From Kiritimatiellia bacterium (GTDB lineage Bacteria; Verrucomicrobiota; Kiritimatiellia; RFP12; UBA1067): a DNA stretch of 64,000 bases. The notes beneath the pieces were generated by a model that searched no databases, had not been told where the DNA came from, and saw only the letters and a list, made by a program, of their open reading frames with translations. The position numbers and the translations under genes are program-made. Below are positions 57,348 to 64,000 of the stretch, in pieces. Position 1 is the first letter of the stretch. Each line of letters opens with the position of its first letter. The DNA lies in assembly GCA_051884875.1 (NCBI GenBank), contig JBJEWD010000025.1, positions 58,514-122,513 on the forward strand, in the 5' to 3' direction.

Positions 57348-60300
57348 ATGAAACGTAACTGTCTACGCGGTGGGTTCGCCCTGGTCGTTTCGCTGGCCAT
57401 GGCGATGGCGGCGTACGCGGAAAACTTCACGAAGACCTACGAGGTGACCGAGTGCCAGGACTACGATCTCATCACCCGGATGCTCGTGGGCGAGAGCGTG
57501 GCGTTGCAGCCCAGCGGCGTGAAGATTCCCCAGACCAGCAACGTCCAGATCGGCGTGTTCTCCAACCTGGTGGCGCAGGTCATACCTTCCTTCACCAATG
57601 GCGTGATTCTCTCCACGGGCAAGATTACGGACGGCCCTTCGACGAGCAATACGGATTCCGCTAAATCCTGGCCGGATGACGCGTTGCCGTCGCTCGGCTT
57701 CGATTCGGACATGAGCAATTACTTCGCGGAGGATCTCGCCGATCCGGCCGGCATCATCCTCTATGTCCAGCCGAAGAACAGGACGCTCAACATTCCGTTC
57801 GTGATGGCGTCGGAAGAATATTACTACTACTCGGATTCGGTCGATTCCCCGACGCTGGAAGAGTATGAGCTGTATTCCGACAAGTTCGCGTTCTTCATCA
57901 AGGAACTGGGCGATGCGTCGGATCCGACGCTGTTTGACGAAAACCACAATGTCATCGACGACGGGTCGCCGATGACGGAAAATCTCGCGAAGCTGCCGAA
58001 CGGAGACGACGTGTCGATCGCTACCGTCAACCAGCATACCAATACGGAATACTTCGTCGCCAACGTCGTCTCGAACGCGGCGGGGAACCTGGAGTTCCCG
58101 GCGGAGGACATCAAGTTGCCGATGGAATTCAACGGCGCCATTGTCGGTCCCATAGCCGTGGTGAACAACCTGGATACGAACAAGGTCTACAAGCTCAAGA
58201 TCGTAGTCGGCGACAGCTACGACAATACCGTCAATTCGGCGATCTTCCTGCGCGAGCGCGGGATTACCTCCGGCGCGGACCTGAAGATTGACGTCGCCGG
58301 CACGGACAGCCTGTCCGCTCCGGGCGCGGCCACGGTTGCCGACACCGTGTCGAATATCGGTCCGGTTGCGGCCGACGGTGTGTCGGTCCGGCACTATCTG
58401 CCGGTGGGGGTCGGCAAGGATGATGTTTCAATCAGCTGCAGCGCGGGCGTGGTCGATCCGGCGGGCTGGGGCGTCGACGGCGGCACGAACTACTTGCTCT
58501 GGGTGATTGGCGACGGCTTTGCGCCGGGCAGCAACGCGGTGATGACGGTGGAGTATCCGCTTGCCTCCGCCGGTACGCACACGAGCGTTGCCGCAGTCGA
58601 GACGACGACGGGCGACTATGACGAGTCGAACAACCGGGACGAGCAGACGACGGTGGTGGGTGCGCCGCCGCCGCTCGTCGTGACGGCAATTTGCACCAAC
58701 AAGGTCTACGGGTCGGAACTCGCGATCGAAAACTTGGCGTATGTGTTTTCGATCGACGGCATGAATGCGGCGCAGACGGCAACGGGTATCGATGTCGCGT
58801 TCACCAATGCGCTCGGGCAGGCCGTCGATCCGACACGTGCCGACACGCCTGTCGGCACGTATGGAATCGTGTTAAGCAACCTGAGAGGAACGGGCTTGGA
58901 CGGGTGTGACGTCATTTACCAGCCCGGCGTTCTGACGATCGAGAAGCGGGCGATCACGATCAAGGCGAGCGACCGGACGAAGACGTATGGACAGGAACTC
59001 TTTTTCTTCGGGACGGAGTTTTTCATCAGCGCTGGCTCGCTGGCGGACGGCGACAGCATTGACGAAGTGACGCTGGCGAGCGATGGTGCCGCGGCAACGG
59101 CGGCATACCGTGCCGATGGCTACCCGATTGAGGTGTCGGACGCCCAGGGTACGGGTCTGGGCAACTACGAAATCACGTACGCGGACGGTTTGCTGACGAT
59201 TACGAAGCGGGCGATCACGATTACGGCGAACGACCGGGCGAAGACCTACGGCGAAGCGGTCGTTTTCGCGGGGACGGAGTTCACGATCACGTCGGGTGCG
59301 CTGGCGGACGGCGATGCGGTGACGGCGGTGACGCTGGCGAGCGATGGCGCGGCGGCGACGGCGGCGTACCGTGCCGACGGCTACCCGATTGAGGTATCGG
59401 CTGCCCAGGGTACGGGTCTCGATAACTACGAGATCACGTACGCGGACGGGTTGCTGACGGTCGAGAAGGTGTCGCTGACGATTACGGCGAACGACCGGAC
59501 GAAGACCTACGGCGAGGCGGTCGTCTTCGCGGGGACGGAGTTCACGATTACGTCGGGTACGCTGGCGGATGGCGACAGCATTGACGCAGTGACGCTGGCG
59601 AGCGCGGGTGCGGCGGCGACGGCGGCGTACCGTGCCGACGGCTATCCGATTGTGGCGTCGGATGCTCAGGGCACGGGTCTTGCGAACTACGCGATCACGT
59701 ACGCGGACGGGTTGCTGACGATTACGAAGCGGGCGATTACGATTACGGCGAACGACCGGACGAAGACCTACGGCGAAGCGGTCGTTTTCGAGGGGACGGA
59801 GTTCGCGATTACGTCGGGCTCGCTGGCGGACGGCGACAGCATTGACGCGGTGACGCTGGCGAGCGATGGCGCGGCGGCGACGGCGGCGTACCGTGCCGGC
59901 GGCTATCCGATCGAAGCGTCGGCTGCCCAGGGAACGGGTCTCGATAACTATGAGATCACGTACGAGGACGGGTTGCTGACGATTACGAAACGGGCGATCA
60001 CGATTACGGCGAACGACCGGACGAAGACCTACGGCGAAGCGGTCGTTTTCGCGGGGACGGAGTTCGCGATTACGTCGGGTTCGCTGGCGGACGGCGACAC
60101 GGTGACGGCGGTGACGCTGGCGAGCGCAGGCGCGGCGGCGACGGCGGCGTACCGTGCCGACGGCTACCCGATTGTGGTTTCGGACGCCCAGGGTACGGGC
60201 CTTGCGAACTACGCGATCACGTACGAGGACGGATTGCTGACGGTCGAGAAGCGGGCGATTACGATCAAGGCGAGCGACCGCACGAAGACGTATGGACAGG

Positions 60301-62687
60301 AACTTCTTTTCTTCGGGACGGAGTTCGCGATCACGTCGGGTACGCTGGCGGACGGCGACAGCATTGACGAAGTGACGCTGGCAAGCGATGGCGCGGCGGC
60401 GACGGCGGCGTACCGTGCCGGCGGCTATCCGATTGTGGTTTCGGACGCCCAGGGTACGGGTCTGGGCAACTACGAGATCACGTACGCGGACGGATTGCTG
60501 ACGATTACCAAGTTGTCGCTGACGATTACGGCGAACGACCGGACGAAGACCTACGGCGACGCGGTTGTTTTCGCGGGGACGGAGTTCACGATTACGTCGG
60601 GTACGCTGCTTACCGGCGATACGGTGACGTCGGTGACGCTGGCGAGTGCTGGCGCGGCGGCGACGGCGGCGTACCGTGCCGACGGCTACCCGATTGTAGC
60701 GTCGGAAGCGCAGGGAACGGGTCTGGGCAACTACGAGATTACGTACGAGGACGGTTTGCTGACGGTCGAGAAACTGTCGCTGACGATTACGGCGAACGAC
60801 CGGACGAAGACCTACGGCGACGCAGTCGTTTTCGCGGGCACGGAGTTCGCGATCACGTCGGGTTCGCTGGCGAACGGCGATGCGGTGACGGCGGTGACGC
60901 TGGCGAGCGATGGCGCGGCGGCGACGGCGGCGTACCGTGCCGACGGCTACCCGATCAAGGCGTCGGACGCCCAGGGCACGGGCCTTGCGAACTACGCGAT
61001 CACGTACGCGGACGGGTTGCTGACGATTGAGAAGCGGGCGATCACGATTACGGCGAACGACCGGATGAAGACCTACGGCGAGGCGGTCGTCTTTGCGGGG
61101 ACGGAGTTTACGATTACGTCGGGTTCGCTGGCGGTCGGCGATGCGGTGACGGCGGTGACGCTGGCGAGCGATGGCGCGGCGGCGACGGCGGCGTACCGTG
61201 CCGGCGGCTATCCGATCGAAGCGTCGGCTGCCCAGGGAACGGGTCTCGATAACTATGAGATCACGTACGAGGACGGGTTGCTGACGATTACGAAACGGGC
61301 GATCACGATTACGGCGAACGACCGGACGAAGACCTACGGCGAAGCGGTCGTTTTCGAGGGGACGGAGTTCGCGATTACGTCGGGCTCGCTGGCGGACGGC
61401 GACAGCATTGACGCAGTGACGCTGGCAAGCGATGGCGCGGCGGCGACGGCGCCGTACCGGACGGACGGTTATCCGATCGTGCCGTCGGCCGCGCGGGGCA
61501 CGGGCCTGGGCAACTACGCAATCACCTACGCGGACGGGTTGCTGACGATTACGCGGCTGTCGCTGACGATTACGGCGAACGACCGGACGAAGACCTACGG
61601 CGAAGCGGTCGTCTTCGAAGGCACGAATTTCACGATCACGGCAGGTACACTGCTCACCGGCGACAAGGTGACTTCGGTGACGTTGGAAAGCGATGGCGCG
61701 GCGGCGACGGCCCCGTGCCGGGAGGGCGGCTACCCGATCAGGGCATCGGCCGCGCAGGGCGACGGCATCGAGAACTACTCCTTCACCTATATAGACGGTA
61801 CGTTGACGGTTACGCAGGCGTTGCTGACGGTCACGGTCAAGGACGCGCGTTGGCCGATTGGGAAAGCGCGCCCCGCCAACGGGTTTGAGGACTTTACCCT
61901 CCAGCTGAAGGCCGGGGATACGGTTGCGGACGTCACCGGCGGCAGCGGGCTGGCATCGGATGTGATGTATACGAATGTTGTCTGGACCGAGGAGCGGGGC
62001 GAGCCGACGGATGCCGACGTGGGGATCTACACGGACGAAATCGGCATCGACATCGCCAGCTTGGACGGGCCGCGGGCGGGGAACTACCTCATCGCCGTTG
62101 AGCCGGGCGATCTGACCATCGATTCGGCTTCGGCGGAACTGCACACGACGATCGCGGGAACGCTGAACTGGAATACGGGCCTCATCGACCTCACGCTGAC
62201 GATTGCCAACAAGGGCGACGGCGAGGTAGATCCGGAATACGACTACTGGGTGGAACTGAAGCCGGGTCCGGCGGCTGCGGGTACGACGACATCGGTGGAG
62301 AAATCGTATTACCTGGCGTCGCCTACCGGCACGATGCCGGACGGATTCAACTACGTGAATCTCACGGCGCGGGTGAAGGCGGCGCTCCGTACGGTCGGCA
62401 ACCGCGACGAGATCTTCGATCCGGGCGAGACGGTGACGGTGAATGGCGTCAGCGTCTATCATTGGAAGCGGTGGCAGCCCTCGCTCTTTATCGATGCGGG
62501 AACGTTCTTCGTCGCCGGGCTGCTCTTCAATCCGGCGGACACGAATGGCGACTTCGTCGTTTCCGAAGCCGAGAAGGTGGCGGCGGAAGCGATGCTGGGG
62601 GCGAGCAGTTCGGACTATCTCGAAGTGACGCGTCTGGCGTTGCTGCCGTATTACCATTGGAATACGGAAGCGGAAACTTGGAAATAG
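57348..62687 (+). CDS. Giant secreted adhesin-like protein (about 1779 aa): choice-of-anchor-L-like N-domain, DUF11-like domain, about 13 MBG-type repeats and a C-terminal domain
   Basis: Track ORF 57339..62687. The ATG at 57348 follows GAGGAG. Signal peptide MKRNCLRGGFALVVSLAMAMAAYA. N-domain motifs GVILSTGKI, FVMASEEYYYY, DKFAFFIKE and KLKIVVGDSYDNTVNSAIFLRERG. Repeats have the form KTYG...G...GD......GYPI....G.GL.NY.ITY.DG.LT(I/V).K. Confidence 0.9.
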   Translation: MKRNCLRGGFALVVSLAMAMAAYAENFTKTYEVTECQDYDLITRMLVGESVALQPSGVKIPQTSNVQIGVFSNLVAQVIPSFTNGVILSTGKITDGPSTSNTDSAKSWPDDALPSLGFDSDMSNYFAEDLADPAGIILYVQPKNRTLNIPFVMASEEYYYYSDSVDSPTLEEYELYSDKFAFFIKELGDASDPTLFDENHNVIDDGSPMTENLAKLPNGDDVSIATVNQHTNTEYFVANVVSNAAGNLEFPAEDIKLPMEFNGAIVGPIAVVNNLDTNKVYKLKIVVGDSYDNTVNSAIFLRERGITSGADLKIDVAGTDSLSAPGAATVADTVSNIGPVAADGVSVRHYLPVGVGKDDVSISCSAGVVDPAGWGVDGGTNYLLWVIGDGFAPGSNAVMTVEYPLASAGTHTSVAAVETTTGDYDESNNRDEQTTVVGAPPPLVVTAICTNKVYGSELAIENLAYVFSIDGMNAAQTATGIDVAFTNALGQAVDPTRADTPVGTYGIVLSNLRGTGLDGCDVIYQPGVLTIEKRAITIKASDRTKTYGQELFFFGTEFFISAGSLADGDSIDEVTLASDGAAATAAYRADGYPIEVSDAQGTGLGNYEITYADGLLTITKRAITITANDRAKTYGEAVVFAGTEFTITSGALADGDAVTAVTLASDGAAATAAYRADGYPIEVSAAQGTGLDNYEITYADGLLTVEKVSLTITANDRTKTYGEAVVFAGTEFTITSGTLADGDSIDAVTLASAGAAATAAYRADGYPIVASDAQGTGLANYAITYADGLLTITKRAITITANDRTKTYGEAVVFEGTEFAITSGSLADGDSIDAVTLASDGAAATAAYRAGGYPIEASAAQGTGLDNYEITYEDGLLTITKRAITITANDRTKTYGEAVVFAGTEFAITSGSLADGDTVTAVTLASAGAAATAAYRADGYPIVVSDAQGTGLANYAITYEDGLLTVEKRAITIKASDRTKTYGQELLFFGTEFAITSGTLADGDSIDEVTLASDGAAATAAYRAGGYPIVVSDAQGTGLGNYEITYADGLLTITKLSLTITANDRTKTYGDAVVFAGTEFTITSGTLLTGDTVTSVTLASAGAAATAAYRADGYPIVASEAQGTGLGNYEITYEDGLLTVEKLSLTITANDRTKTYGDAVVFAGTEFAITSGSLANGDAVTAVTLASDGAAATAAYRADGYPIKASDAQGTGLANYAITYADGLLTIEKRAITITANDRMKTYGEAVVFAGTEFTITSGSLAVGDAVTAVTLASDGAAATAAYRAGGYPIEASAAQGTGLDNYEITYEDGLLTITKRAITITANDRTKTYGEAVVFEGTEFAITSGSLADGDSIDAVTLASDGAAATAPYRTDGYPIVPSAARGTGLGNYAITYADGLLTITRLSLTITANDRTKTYGEAVVFEGTNFTITAGTLLTGDKVTSVTLESDGAAATAPCREGGYPIRASAAQGDGIENYSFTYIDGTLTVTQALLTVTVKDARWPIGKARPANGFEDFTLQLKAGDTVADVTGGSGLASDVMYTNVVWTEERGEPTDADVGIYTDEIGIDIASLDGPRAGNYLIAVEPGDLTIDSASAELHTTIAGTLNWNTGLIDLTLTIANKGDGEVDPEYDYWVELKPGPAAAGTTTSVEKSYYLASPTGTMPDGFNYVNLTARVKAALRTVGNRDEIFDPGETVTVNGVSVYHWKRWQPSLFIDAGTFFVAGLLFNPADTNGDFVVSEAEKVAAEAMLGASSSDYLEVTRLALLPYYHWNTEAETWK
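58950..61820 (+). repeat. Eleven tandem 261-bp near-identical coding repeats (87-aa MBG-type units)
   Basis: The period was verified at 58950/59211. An identical block of about 170 nt recurs at about 59885-60050 and about 61190-61355. Confidence 0.9.
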
Positions 62688-62718
62688 GCGGGAAAGCCGG
62701 GAACAGGAAGGAACGAGA

Positions 62719-64000
62719 ATGAAACAGAAGCTGATAGTCGGCGGATGCTGCGCCATGGCGATGGCGACGGCAATGCTCATGGCGGAGGAGTTGACCTCTC
62801 GGAAAATCAAGGTGGTCGGACTGCAGAGCGACGCGGACAATGCCGTCGTGTCCGCGCCCGCCGAATTGGGCGCCAAGCCCGAGCTGGCGGGAATCTCGGC
62901 AGATGCGCTGATTAAGAACTCGCAGGAAGCCAAGCAGGCGTCCGTCGTCGATACGGCCAACGTCAAGTCGCTGACGCTCGAAGGCATGGTCATTCCGCCT
63001 TCCTTGGAGCAAGCCAGGACGCTGGAAGAGGCGATCCGCAATATTCTCGCGCAGGCGGGCAAGCAGATCGGCACGGTGAGTTCCAACGGCATCGAGAATC
63101 TGACGATGCCGTACCAGCAGCTGGGCGACGGCAAAAGCTACGAGGTGGAATGGCGCAAGGCGCTGCGGCTGCTGCTGTCGCCGGTGGGATACAACTTCAC
63201 GGAGGATGGTGAAATCGCCCTCTTCGGCCTGTCGGGCGAGGTCGACGCCAAGCACAAGCAGCTGGCGCAGGAGCGTCTGGCCGCGAACCGCACGCCGATT
63301 CTCTTCACGACTAACGAGTCCGAGGGTGGCGTGGAATTGCGCAATGCGATCCGGGACGTGTCGATCAAGGCCGGCGTGACGATTACCACCGACTACATGG
63401 ATCCGGCCGATCTCTACGTGCCCATGCAGACGGCTGCCGTCGAAGGCGTGCTGACGGCGGATGACATCGGCAAGGCGAACGGCAAGGCGGCGCAGCAGCA
63501 GGTGAAAGTCAAGCGGACGACGTTCGACACCAACGGACAGCAGCTGGAGTGGCGCATCGTCCTGCGGGAGATTCTCAATCCGCTCGACTACGATTTCGTC
63601 GAAGTCGGCGGCGTCGTGCGCATCGCGAAGAGCGCCAGGATCAAGCAGTGGGCGCAGGATGAAATCGCCCAGAGACCGCTTACGGCCAAGGTTATCCGCC
63701 TCTATCACGCCGATCCCGAGCAGGTCGTGGAGCGGGTGATGAAGATCAAGGGGCTGCTGGTGCACCCGAGCGCCTCGCTGCAGGCGACACGGAAGAAAGA
63801 CGACAATACCGAAGTCGTCAAGAACCTCAATTCTCGCATCCAGACCAGTTCCGGCCAGCAGTCGGGCCAGAGCGATACGACTTCGCAGGTGTTCGACAAG
63901 CTCGTGCGTCCCCGGACGGTGCCGGCGGTCATCGCCTACGATGTGGAAGAGAACATTCCGGCGATTGAGGCGAAGATCCGGCTTTTCGACATCAAGGAAA
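62719..64000 (+). CDS. Secretin-family protein (GspD/PilQ-like), N-terminal part only (3' end off window)
   Basis: Hand translation from the ATG at 62719 is open to 64000 and is not in the track because it is incomplete. Signal-like N-terminus. Two STN/N0-like modules (EWRKALRLLLSPVGYNFTEDGEIALFG and EWRIVLREILNPLDYDFVEVGGVVRIA). A secretin_N-like module (LTAKVIRLYHADPEQVVERVMKI...VIAYDVEENIPAIEAKIRLFD). Confidence 0.6.
   Translation, partial: MKQKLIVGGCCAMAMATAMLMAEELTSRKIKVVGLQSDADNAVVSAPAELGAKPELAGISADALIKNSQEAKQASVVDTANVKSLTLEGMVIPPSLEQARTLEEAIRNILAQAGKQIGTVSSNGIENLTMPYQQLGDGKSYEVEWRKALRLLLSPVGYNFTEDGEIALFGLSGEVDAKHKQLAQERLAANRTPILFTTNESEGGVELRNAIRDVSIKAGVTITTDYMDPADLYVPMQTAAVEGVLTADDIGKANGKAAQQQVKVKRTTFDTNGQQLEWRIVLREILNPLDYDFVEVGGVVRIAKSARIKQWAQDEIAQRPLTAKVIRLYHADPEQVVERVMKIKGLLVHPSASLQATRKKDDNTEVVKNLNSRIQTSSGQQSGQSDTTSQVFDKLVRPRTVPAVIAYDVEENIPAIEAKIRLFDIKE

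Noticed and set aside
62527-63765. The 412-aa minus-strand ORF overlapping the end of the MBG-repeat gene and the secretin-like gene.
   Set aside because: It is an Arg/Leu/Asp-rich shadow frame. The plus-strand frame from 62719 shows repeated secretin N-domain-like modules and a signal-like N-terminus.

Overview
This is a densely coding, high-GC bacterial chromosomal window (about 62-65% GC by eye, apart from one low-GC patch at about 47.2-50.6 kb). I support roughly 42 protein-coding genes and found no rRNA, tRNA or CRISPR array. The gene content (LamG-repeat protein, many glycoside hydrolases, a prepilin-like protein, giant Ig/MBG-repeat surface proteins) suggests a glycan degrader from the Planctomycetes-Verrucomicrobia-Chlamydiae (PVC) group. 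That taxonomic guess is inference only.

Layout:
- 1-5.6 kb, minus strand: a giant secreted protein with thioredoxin-like CxxC modules, a parvulin peptidyl-prolyl isomerase (PPIase) and a small secreted protein.
- 6.1-7.2 kb: a lone tyrosine recombinase.
- 7.35-8.3 kb and 39.8-40.9 kb: two mutually inverted composite arrays of dispersed repeats.
- 8.4-24.5 kb: a glycan-utilisation cluster with an unknown secreted protein, a frameshifted 4x LamG protein, GH29, GH78, two GH2 enzymes and an embedded NarL-type two-component system.
- 24.5-34.2 kb: housekeeping genes (proB, rmuC, a phosphofructokinase with PPi-type signature residues, a TPR/LolA-like/AsmA-like trio, glgP, an oxidoreductase).
- 34.3-39.8 kb: a candidate Pho box followed by porin-pstSCAB-phoU.
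- 41-45.6 kb: two TlpA-like paralogues, an acyl-CoA ligase, folK and a histidine phosphatase.
- 46.15-64 kb: one co-directional locus encoding a sigma-like factor, a small protein, a prepilin-like protein, a 2405-aa Ig-repeat protein, a secreted protein, a beta-barrel, a 1779-aa choice-of-anchor-L/MBG-repeat protein and a secretin-like protein. This is my best candidate for an undescribed system.

Other notable signals are -10 boxes 6-9 nt upstream of start codons (leaderless-type architecture), a G11 tract that breaks the LamG gene, and near-identical tandem repeats inside the giant genes. All coordinates were hand-indexed, and no database search was possible.
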